The notes beneath the pieces are model-generated. The model ran no database searches, was not told where the DNA came from, and was given only the letters and a program-made list of their open reading frames with translations. Source: Dehalococcoidia bacterium (GTDB taxonomy: Bacteria; Chloroflexota; Dehalococcoidia; Lucifugimonadales; GCA-002694895). Taken from it: a DNA stretch of 64,000 nucleotides. The stretch is taken from positions 1,073-65,072 of the forward strand of contig JBJLGN010000021.1 of the NCBI GenBank assembly GCA_045564835.1, read 5' to 3'. Each line of letters begins with the position of its first letter. The stretch's first letter is position 1. Shown in pieces: positions 18,514 to 26,446 of the stretch. A program made the position numbers and the translations under genes.

Positions 18514-19284
18514 ATGAGTTCTTATAATTATGACAGCTTTCCTCTAGATTTTGATATGCAAGCATTTGTAGATTTCCCTACTATCGCAAATGCTGGAACC
18601 AAAGCACCTGAAGCTAAGGTATATAATATCAAGGAGAAAAAGTGGGAAGAGCTTTCAACATATTGGAAAGAAAAAACTACTATCATAGAATTTGGTTCCA
18701 TAACCTGATCAGAATGTGCCCTGGCGGCGCCGGGATTTAATAAATTAGTCGAAGAATTTGGAGACAAATTTAATTTTGTATTTGTATATACCAGAGAAGC
18801 TCATCCTGGTGAAAAAATACCCCACCTTAGTTCTTTTGAGCAAAAAATTGAACATGCAAAATTAATGACAAAAAAATATATTAACAGAACGATGCTAGTC
18901 GATTCTTTAGAAGGTGATGTTCATAAAGCTTATGGTAGACTCCCTAATATGACATATATAGTGAACAGATATGGGAATGTTATCTACAAATCAGATTGGA
19001 CAGACCCTTCTACAATAAAAATGGCTTTAAATCATTATCAAGAAGAACGAAAAATGATGGAAGATAAAATTAGAGTTACACCTTATTACATAGAATGGCA
19101 GCCAATGAGGAAAAATGATACTGAAGAATTCATGACAATATTATTAAACGATGCCGGACCAAAAGCAATTAAAGATTTCATAAATTCGGCAAATCACTAT
19201 ACAGGTCCAATACAATCAAATTCAAGTTTAGGAAAAGCCATGGGTAAAAAATTACAAGATTGGTTAGATAAACAAAGCTACTAA
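18514..19284 (+). CDS. Thioredoxin-fold, iodothyronine-deiodinase-like selenoprotein (in-frame UGA = Sec at 18706-18708), 256 aa
   Basis: Track ORFs 18514..18708 and 18865..19284 share a frame. The 52 codons between them are open. Read-through gives ..TTIIEFGSIT-U-SECALAAPGFNKLVEEFGDKFNFVFVYTREAHPGE..VDSLEGDVHKAYGRLPNMTYIVNRYGNVIYKSDW... A GC-rich hairpin follows the UGA. Confidence 0.7.
18719..18734 (+). promoter_or_regulatory. Candidate bacterial SECIS stem-loop
   Basis: CCCTGGCGGCGCCGGG starts 11 nt after the UGA. It forms five or six G-C pairs (719-721 with 732-734, 723-724 with 730-731) with a bulged U722 and a G-rich apical loop (CGGCG). It is the only run of this kind in an otherwise very AT-rich region. 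Confidence 0.55.
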
Positions 19285-19288
19285 AACA

Positions 19289-19438
19289 ATGGAAGAAGGT
19301 AAAAAATTGAATGACAATATAAATATAGGAATGAAAAACAAATTAAATCAATTATTCAAAAAATTTAGTTTGATATTATCTGCTCTACTTGGTTTGTTTT
19401 TATTAATCTATATACTAGTTTTGATTTTACTCGTTTAA
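19289..19438 (+). CDS. Possible small tail-anchored membrane protein (49 aa)
   Basis: MEEGKKLNDNINIGMKNKLNQLFKKFSLILSALLGLFLLIYILVLILLV: polar N-terminus plus one TM helix. Not in the track because it is under 60 aa. Support is weak. Confidence 0.25.
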   Translation: MEEGKKLNDNINIGMKNKLNQLFKKFSLILSALLGLFLLIYILVLILLV

Positions 19439-19728
19439 GAATTGTTTTCCGTGAAAAAAGTATAAATCATTGCTACTATTGAACCAATAACAACCCCTAA
19501 AACTAAAATCCAAAATGAAAAAAATTGAATATTCCACATAAGTTTATTTATCGTAGAAATAATACTTAAATCGTAAGAACCCAATAATCTTTTATCTGTA
19601 GCTAGTCCGAAAATTGTTGTCAGGATACAAATAACACCATTAATTCCAAGTAATACCAGAATATAATTAATTATATTTTTAAATTTACCATTTTGATCTT
19701 TTGTCATCATAGCCCGTATGTATATCAA
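19435..19728 (-). CDS. Small hypothetical membrane protein (2 TM)
   Basis: Two hydrophobic helices. Overlaps the end of the upstream TPP-enzyme gene, so the true start may be Met7 or Met8. Confidence 0.35.
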   Translation of the reverse strand: MIYIRAMMTKDQNGKFKNIINYILVLLGINGVICILTTIFGLATDKRLLGSYDLSIISTINKLMWNIQFFSFWILVLGVVIGSIVAMIYTFFTENNS

Positions 19729-21319
19729 TCAAGACTGTATTGCCTTTTTGGTTTTCTGTCATAGCATATTTGATGGATTCACCAACTTCATCAACAGATT
19801 TTACTACAATACCTTTTGCCCCCATCCCTTCAGCAATTTTAGCATAATCACCTTTCATATAAGAAACCCCAAAATTTTTCCTTGCATTAGGAAACCCACC
19901 TGGATAAGTTGCCATTCCGCCATTGTTCAAAATAATAGTCGTGATAGGAAGTTTTGCTCTTACTGCTGTTTCAATATCTAATCCAGACATTCCGAAAGCT
20001 CCATCTCCCATTAAGTTTAAGCAGAATTTATCTGGATTTGCCATTTTAGCGCCAATCATTAATGGGATACTAAATCCTAGATGAGTAGTTTTCCCCCATC
20101 CTATATAACTATGAGGAACAGTAGCATTAAAAAATGGGACAATTTGATCTCTTGGTGCTCCTGCGTCATGGGTAACTATGGATTTTTCAGGGATAATATT
20201 TTTATTAATTTCATTTATAACTCTGTAAGGATTAATAGGGATTTCATTTGAATTCAAATGAGATTCCCATTCACTAAGCCATTGTTTTTTTAAATTACTA
20301 ATTTTGGTTTGGACATCAGGATTAGGTTTTTTATCTTTAATAAGATCTGAGACTTCATCAATTAATAGATCTAAGGTTAATTTAGTATCACCATTTAATA
20401 TTACATCAGCATAATGATCTTTATTTATATCTTCGTAATTATCAGAATTATGTATTAAGAATTTTGAGGCAGTATCAATAGATTGTCCATATGGAGTGTC
20501 AGTCATGCTACTACCTAATGCTAGAACAACATCACATTCATCAAGAAAAGTTCTGGCTTGAAGAGTTGTCGTTTGAACTCCTGCACCTAAAGCTAGTGGA
20601 TGCACTTCATTGATTGCTGATTTGCCGGGCATAGTTGTATATACAGGAATATTTGTTATTTCAGCAAAAGATTGAAGTTGTTTAGTAGCTCTTGCAAACA
20701 AAACTCCTTGACCAGCAATAATTATAGGATTTTTCGCTCCAAGCAGTTTTTTAACTGCGAGCGAAACATCTGTTTTTGATGGCGAATGATACCCTTTAGT
20801 AGGAGGTTTGTAGGAGTTAATATCGACTGATATTTTTGATGCAGAAATATCAGATGGTACCTCAACAACCACAGGACCAGGTCTACCATTTTTAATATTA
20901 TGAAAAGCTCTTCGCATAACATCAATAACTTGGTCAGGTTGGGTAATACATTCAACGTTTTTTACAATACCTTTATAATTTGATGACGCACTAAAATTAG
21001 GCCTTATTGATAATTGATTTAGTGGAGGGGCTCCGGGAATAATTAATACAGGTATATTGTCTGCATAGGCTTGGCTAATTCCTCCCATGCTATTTTCTGC
21101 ACCTGCTTGGCTTTGCATAGAAAAAACTCCAATTTTTTCTCTATCACTAGTTCTACTAAAGCCATCAGCTGCCATCATAGCTCCTCTTTCATGACGAAAC
21201 ATGATAGGTCTTATATCAATTTTCGAAAGGTCTTCTATGAGTGGATTATTTGGAAAACATGAAATCCATTCAATGTTTTCTTTTTTAAGTATTTGAGCTA
21301 TTGCTTCAGAAACATTCAT
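19685..21319 (-). CDS. Thiamine-pyrophosphate-dependent enzyme (acetolactate-synthase-like superfamily)
   Basis: N-terminal pyrimidine-binding domain (FRHERGAMMAADGFSR) and a C-terminal TPP motif GDGAFGMSGLDIETAVRAKLPITTIILNNGG. Confidence 0.8.
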   Translation of the reverse strand: MNVSEAIAQILKKENIEWISCFPNNPLIEDLSKIDIRPIMFRHERGAMMAADGFSRTSDREKIGVFSMQSQAGAENSMGGISQAYADNIPVLIIPGAPPLNQLSIRPNFSASSNYKGIVKNVECITQPDQVIDVMRRAFHNIKNGRPGPVVVEVPSDISASKISVDINSYKPPTKGYHSPSKTDVSLAVKKLLGAKNPIIIAGQGVLFARATKQLQSFAEITNIPVYTTMPGKSAINEVHPLALGAGVQTTTLQARTFLDECDVVLALGSSMTDTPYGQSIDTASKFLIHNSDNYEDINKDHYADVILNGDTKLTLDLLIDEVSDLIKDKKPNPDVQTKISNLKKQWLSEWESHLNSNEIPINPYRVINEINKNIIPEKSIVTHDAGAPRDQIVPFFNATVPHSYIGWGKTTHLGFSIPLMIGAKMANPDKFCLNLMGDGAFGMSGLDIETAVRAKLPITTIILNNGGMATYPGGFPNARKNFGVSYMKGDYAKIAEGMGAKGIVVKSVDEVGESIKYAMTENQKGNTVLIDIHTGYDDKRSKW

Positions 21320-21321
21320 AA

Positions 21322-21621
21322 TTAATAAGGAACATCTCCACTTTCTACGACAATAGATTTTGAATGACTCGCATTAAGTCTTATCTCTTTTACCGGTTTA
21401 TATTCTTCTGAATTTTGCCATGCTTCTAATTGTTCAATCGAGGGAAATTCAAGTACAACTATCCTTCCTTCGGGAGTCCAGTCTAAGGAGCTAATAATTT
21501 GGCCACCTCTAACTAAATATCTTCCACCATATTTTTCAATGGTTTCAGGAACTAACTTCATATATTCTTTATATTTTTCATTGTCTTCAACAACGATATC
21601 GCTTATTACGTATACTTTCAT
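21322..21621 (-). CDS. DUF1330-family protein
   Basis: About 99 aa with a dimeric alpha/beta-barrel-type sequence, MKVYVISDIVVEDNEKYKEYMKLVPETIEKYGGRYLVRGG. Confidence 0.7.
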   Translation of the reverse strand: MKVYVISDIVVEDNEKYKEYMKLVPETIEKYGGRYLVRGGQIISSLDWTPEGRIVVLEFPSIEQLEAWQNSEEYKPVKEIRLNASHSKSIVVESGDVPY

Positions 21622-21633
21622 GAAATTCTATAA

Positions 21634-21810
21634 TTAAAATGGTAATTTAAAATGTGTTTCGGATAATATCACAAATAATACAATTATAGTCATCATCCCA
21701 CCAAACAATCCAAGAATTGTCAATGGAATGGCTTCTAAACCAACTTCAGATATATCCCATAAGCCAATCTTTTTGCCTAATTTTTCCATGTATTCAGCTA
21801 TTTTTTCCAT
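21634..21810 (-). CDS. Possible small membrane protein (58 aa)
   Basis: MEKIAEYMEKLGKKIGLWDISEVGLEAIPLTILGLFGGMMTIIVLFVILSETHFKLPF. GGAG lies 7 nt upstream of the ATG. Not in the track. Confidence 0.3.
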   Translation of the reverse strand: MEKIAEYMEKLGKKIGLWDISEVGLEAIPLTILGLFGGMMTIIVLFVILSETHFKLPF

Positions 21811-21927
21811 TCATCACTCCGTTAAAATAAAATAAATGGTACTATCAACTTAAAAATTCTATACTATTTTTAAATTGTTTAATAGACAAAACAATTACTA
21901 AGAAATTAATAATTTATTTGGAATATC

Positions 21928-22365
21928 GTGAAAAAGAGAATAACATTGATTGAAAATTCACTTAACGAAGACTCAGAAATGATAGTTTGGGAGTTTTTAA
22001 AGTTGTCTGAGCAATTTACTTGGAAATTTCATGAAGATAAATCTTGCTTTAAAGCACATAAAAAATGGAAGCATATCGAATGGTCACAAAGTTTAAAGAA
22101 TAATGTAAAAGATATTTATAATAATCCTCAATATATTACTGAAGATGAAAAAAACTTAATAGATTTCCACAAACATTTTGCAATACAAATCAATAACATT
22201 GAAAATGAAATAGAAATTTATTATCGTAATAAAGGAAATAAGTATCAAAAATTATCTGATTTCTATAATTGGTATAAAGATGCAAATAATATTAAAGCAA
22301 AGGAAGCACCTCTAGATAAGTTCATTAACGAATTAGGAATAGAGTCATTAATGAATTTATATTAA
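21928..22365 (+). CDS. Hypothetical protein (145 aa)
   Basis: GTG start. Lys/Asn/Trp-rich with no recognisable motif. Confidence 0.4.
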   Translation: MKKRITLIENSLNEDSEMIVWEFLKLSEQFTWKFHEDKSCFKAHKKWKHIEWSQSLKNNVKDIYNNPQYITEDEKNLIDFHKHFAIQINNIENEIEIYYRNKGNKYQKLSDFYNWYKDANNIKAKEAPLDKFINELGIESLMNLY

Positions 22366-23081
22366 GTTTTCTTGAATATTGTCCTGACAACCGAAAATAG
22401 CATTATAAAAATGTTAGATAAAATCCAAATATAGTAAGAAATATCATACATTAAATTTTTATCATCAAATACAAATAATAAAAACAATGTACAAATGCCC
22501 CACAGAGAAAAACTTAATAAAGCTAACGTTCTATAAGATTTTACTCTTAGTGGGTGAATAAATTTTATAGGCACAAAAGTAAGAACAACACAAAAAATAA
22601 TTGCAATAAAATTAATTGTTTGCGAAGTATTCATAATATAAAAATCTAAAACTAATACATTCCATATAGCGGGAAATCCATTGAAATAGTTATCTTTAGT
22701 TTTTTGTTTTGTATTTGCAAATGTATAACATGAAGCACATAAAATTAATATAACTGACAAAAATTCAATTTGATCAGAAAGAAATCCAATTTGAAGAATA
22801 ATTAAAACGGGTAATATAACGTAATTAAAAAAATCTACAATAGCATCTAAAATCACGCCATCGATTCTAGGTGCAAATTTAGTTACTTGATATTTACGGG
22901 CAAAAAAGCCATCAGTGCCATCGATAAACAAAGCTGCAGCCAACCATAAAAAAACAATCTCTAAATTATTTTCAAATAAAGCTTTTACAGCAAATATTCC
23001 ACAAACAATTCCCATCGTGGTATATATATGAACAGCATAGGCTTTAATAACATCTGAGTTTATTGTTGTTATTGAATACAT
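22362..23081 (-). CDS. pcs: CDP-alcohol phosphatidyltransferase, phosphatidylcholine-synthase-like
   Basis: DGTDGFFARKYQVTKFAPRIDGVILDAIVD fits DGxxAR-x12-G-x3-D-x3-D, the Pcs-type spacing. About 8 TM helices, 239 aa. Confidence 0.55.
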   Translation of the reverse strand: MYSITTINSDVIKAYAVHIYTTMGIVCGIFAVKALFENNLEIVFLWLAAALFIDGTDGFFARKYQVTKFAPRIDGVILDAIVDFFNYVILPVLIILQIGFLSDQIEFLSVILILCASCYTFANTKQKTKDNYFNGFPAIWNVLVLDFYIMNTSQTINFIAIIFCVVLTFVPIKFIHPLRVKSYRTLALLSFSLWGICTLFLLFVFDDKNLMYDISYYIWILSNIFIMLFSVVRTIFKKT

Positions 23082-23090
23082 ATCAGATAT

Positions 23091-24152
23091 TCAAAGATTT
23101 ATAGATCTTTGGTATTGTAAGGGCCATGATTCTTTGTTTTTCTCTGCATATAAGGCCCAATAGGGATTTCTTAAATATTCTCTGGCCATAAATATTGCAT
23201 CAGCTTGATGTGATTCTAATATTTGGTCAGCATGTTCTGGCTTTGTTATTAAACCTACAGCTCCAGTTAAAATATCAGCTTGATTCTTAATTTGTTGTGA
23301 AAGATTTACTTGATAACCAGGCTTAAGTGTTATTTCCTGCTCAGAATAATTAGCTCCAGATGAACAATCAATTAAATCTACTCCTAATAATTTAAGATTT
23401 TTAGATAATTTTATCGATGATTCCAAATCCCATCCTTCACCTGGAAAGTATTCAGTTACAGATAATCGTGCGAATAAAGGAATGTTATTGCCTATTGCTT
23501 CTCTAACACTAGATGCTATAGTTGTTGCTAATAAAATCCTGTTTTCAAAATTCCCACCATACTCATCTTCTCTATGGTTTGAAATAGGTGATAAAAATTC
23601 ATGAACTAAATATCCATGGGCAAAGTGTAATTCTATAACTTTAAATCCTGCATCTATTGATCTTTTTGAAGCTAATACAAAATCTTCAACTATTTTATCA
23701 ATCTCATTTGAATTTAGTTCCTTTGGCACCAAAGATTTACTGCTATACGGAATATCACTTGGACCAACAGGATCCCATCCTCCTGATTTTTTTTCAACAA
23801 TCCCTCCACCTAACCATGGTCTTTCTGTAGAAGCTTTCCTCCCAGCGTGGGCTAACTGTATAGCTGGAGTAGATCCATTTTGAGATATAAAGTTTGTGAT
23901 TTTCTTCATTGGTTCTATATGCTCATCCTTCCATAAGCCCATATCCCATGGGCTTATACGACCTTCAGGAGAAATTGCAGTAGCTTCCATCATTACCAAC
24001 CCTGCTCCACCCATTGCTCGTGATCCTAGGTGAACAAGATGCCAATCATTTGCCATCCCGTCATTGGATGAATATGTACACATAGGGCTTACCCAAGCTC
24101 TATTTTTTATATTTTCTTCTCTTATTGTTATTGATTCAAATAATTTTGACAA
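23091..24152 (-). CDS. NADH:flavin oxidoreductase, Old Yellow Enzyme family (YqjM/NamA type)
   Basis: SPMCTYSS..DWHLVHLGSRAMGGAGLVMMEATA and HAGRKAS motifs. Confidence 0.85.
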   Translation of the reverse strand: MSKLFESITIREENIKNRAWVSPMCTYSSNDGMANDWHLVHLGSRAMGGAGLVMMEATAISPEGRISPWDMGLWKDEHIEPMKKITNFISQNGSTPAIQLAHAGRKASTERPWLGGGIVEKKSGGWDPVGPSDIPYSSKSLVPKELNSNEIDKIVEDFVLASKRSIDAGFKVIELHFAHGYLVHEFLSPISNHREDEYGGNFENRILLATTIASSVREAIGNNIPLFARLSVTEYFPGEGWDLESSIKLSKNLKLLGVDLIDCSSGANYSEQEITLKPGYQVNLSQQIKNQADILTGAVGLITKPEHADQILESHQADAIFMAREYLRNPYWALYAEKNKESWPLQYQRSINL

Positions 24153-24156
24153 TTTT

Positions 24157-25023
24157 TTATCCTATTTTAAAAGGGAAAATTTCAGGTGTATTATTCTTGT
24201 ATTCTAAATACTCTTTATCCTTTCCCCATTTCATGTCAGCTCTGCTTTCTAAAATTCGAACTCCAGATATAAATTTTAACATTATAAATACAAAAATTGG
24301 AGAGATTAATCCGAGCCAACTCCATCCACTAAATAATGGAATTGCAATTACAGTAATTCCGCTCCAAAGAATAATTTCACCTAAATAATTAGGATGTCTA
24401 GAATATTTCCACAGTCCTGTGGAAATAAATTTATTTTTATTACTATTATTATTTTTGAAATCAGATTTTTGCTTGTCAGCTAATACTTCAATAAATAATC
24501 CAAATATCCAAGTAATAATACCAATATAGTCATAAGTACCTAAATTTTCTTCAGGATGACTTGAAGTGAATATTATTAAAGAACTGAGTAAAGTGAAAGT
24601 TATCCACAGTGCTTGCAGATTCCATACCATAAAAAATGTTGAAAAATCTTTTAAGTCATCAAATCTGCCATCAGATCCGGCAGCTTTAACTCTTCTTAAT
24701 AAAAAAATACCAAGCCTAGTAGCCCAAACAACAATAAGTAAAGTTAGTATAATCGATCGAATATTCTTATGATCATTTAAAACAAAAGCTAATATAGAAA
24801 CTGTTATAAACGTTATTGATCCCGTTATATCAAAATAATGTTCAGTCGATTTGAGATATGAAGGTACGAACATAATCCATTGAATCAAAATGATTACGCA
24901 AACAATAAGTACTAGTGAAGGAATTGAAAAAATATAATTTCCATCAAATCCTGATAGGTAAGAAATCAGAACAACAAAAAGTAAAGTTATGGTTGTTATT
25001 ATTAAGTTTCTTATATGTTTCAT
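24157..25023 (-). CDS. DUF1295 / steroid-5-alpha-reductase-like membrane protein
   Basis: Polytopic, with the C-terminal motif WKYSRHPNYLGEIILW. Confidence 0.75.
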   Translation of the reverse strand: MKHIRNLIITTITLLFVVLISYLSGFDGNYIFSIPSLVLIVCVIILIQWIMFVPSYLKSTEHYFDITGSITFITVSILAFVLNDHKNIRSIILTLLIVVWATRLGIFLLRRVKAAGSDGRFDDLKDFSTFFMVWNLQALWITFTLLSSLIIFTSSHPEENLGTYDYIGIITWIFGLFIEVLADKQKSDFKNNNSNKNKFISTGLWKYSRHPNYLGEIILWSGITVIAIPLFSGWSWLGLISPIFVFIMLKFISGVRILESRADMKWGKDKEYLEYKNNTPEIFPFKIG

Positions 25024-25030
25024 TTTATGA

Positions 25031-26308
25031 TTATTGCATTAATATAAATGTGACAGCACCTGATAAGTATCCAATCAAAGCCAAAAAAGAAATATTTTTT
25101 AGATACCAAATAAAATTTATTCTTAATATCCCCATTACAGCAACTCCTGCTGCAGATCCGATAACTAATAAACTACCACCTGTCCCAGCACAATATGCCA
25201 AAAATTCCCAAAACAATCCATCTACAGCAAAATCGCCAGTAGCTTGAACTTCATACATACCCATAGCACCTGCCACTAACGGGACATTATCTAAAATTGC
25301 TGATAAAAATCCAATGAATATATTGATGATAAACAAATTACCGTTAAAGATATCATCAAGAATATTAGCTAACGAATCTAATATTCCTGTAGATTGTAAG
25401 CTTCCAACTGCAAGTAATATACCTAAAAAGAAAAATATTGTAGAAGCTTCGATCTTTGATAAAGCTCCTACTACAGTAAGTGAATGTTTTTGTTTTTTTT
25501 CTTTATTTCTATGAATAATTTCTGTAACAGTCCATAGCACTCCTAAGCTTAATAACATTCCTAAATATGGAGGTAAATGTGTAACAGTCTTAAATACTGG
25601 TACAAATAACAATCCTAAAACTCCTAATATAAATAAAAGGTTTCTTTCATAAGGAATAACTTCATAAACTTTGTCTCCTGATTTAATTGCGGGTCTTTCG
25701 ATTACAACACCTCTGTACTTAAACGAAACATACACAAGCGGGACTATCATACAAACCAAACTTGGTATTATGATTGCTTGAACTATATTCAAAGTTACCA
25801 TTCCACCTACCCAAAGCATAATAGTAGTAATATCGCCTATTGGAGACCATGCTCCACCAGCATTAGCTGAAAGTATCATAATCCCAGCAAAGAATAATAA
25901 TTGTTGTCTATCTTTTATTATCTTACCTAGTAATGCTGCCATAACAATTGCTGTAGTCAAATTGTCTAATACTGCAGAAAAGAAAAATGTAAGTATTGAT
26001 AAAATCCATAATAATTTGACAGCATTTTTAGTAGTGATTTTATCTGTAATTATAGAGAACCCTTGATGAGAATCAACTAATTCCACTATAGTCATTGCTC
26101 CAAGTAAAAAGAATACAATTTCGCCTATTTCTACCAAGTGATGTGCTAATTCTTCATCTATAAAATGATGATCTGAATAAAAGACAAAAATTGTCCAAGT
26201 TAGAACACCAGTAATTAAAGCGATTGCAGCTTTATCAATTCTAATATTGTGCTCAAAGGCTATAAGTAAATAACCAAGAGAAAAAACTGATATAAGTAAT
26301 ATTTCCAA
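25031..26308 (-). CDS. nhaD: NhaD/ArsB-superfamily Na+/H+ antiporter
   Basis: About 12 TM helices. Sequence is characteristic of NhaD-type permeases (..LDNLTTAIVM.., ..ILDNVPLVAGAMGMY..). Confidence 0.7.
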   Translation of the reverse strand: MEILLISVFSLGYLLIAFEHNIRIDKAAIALITGVLTWTIFVFYSDHHFIDEELAHHLVEIGEIVFFLLGAMTIVELVDSHQGFSIITDKITTKNAVKLLWILSILTFFFSAVLDNLTTAIVMAALLGKIIKDRQQLLFFAGIMILSANAGGAWSPIGDITTIMLWVGGMVTLNIVQAIIIPSLVCMIVPLVYVSFKYRGVVIERPAIKSGDKVYEVIPYERNLLFILGVLGLLFVPVFKTVTHLPPYLGMLLSLGVLWTVTEIIHRNKEKKQKHSLTVVGALSKIEASTIFFFLGILLAVGSLQSTGILDSLANILDDIFNGNLFIINIFIGFLSAILDNVPLVAGAMGMYEVQATGDFAVDGLFWEFLAYCAGTGGSLLVIGSAAGVAVMGILRINFIWYLKNISFLALIGYLSGAVTFILMQ

Positions 26309-26446
26309 TTAACTATCCATAAGATTTTAAAATAGCATTCTATCAAAAATTAGTTTATATAATAACTTCATTTTAGATCCTGTTAGCAATTTCTTGACAA
26401 TATTTTTGTAGGCTTATAATCTCTATTTAAACATTACATAATTAAA

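Noticed and set aside
18706-18708. The in-frame TGA explained by an alternative genetic code (TGA = Trp/Gly) or by simple pseudogenisation
   Set aside because: TGA terminates other genes exactly where expected. The MoaD-like protein ends in the obligatory Gly-Gly followed by TGA, and TGA also stops AOR and MoeA2. The TGA here sits at the catalytic Cys/Sec position of the fold and is followed by a SECIS-like hairpin. Pseudogenisation cannot be fully excluded without reads or homologues.
18528-18767. 79-aa antisense ORF spanning the UGA and hairpin region
   Set aside because: It lies entirely antisense to the conserved thioredoxin-fold frame, has no RBS and no recognisable motif. It is a shadow ORF.
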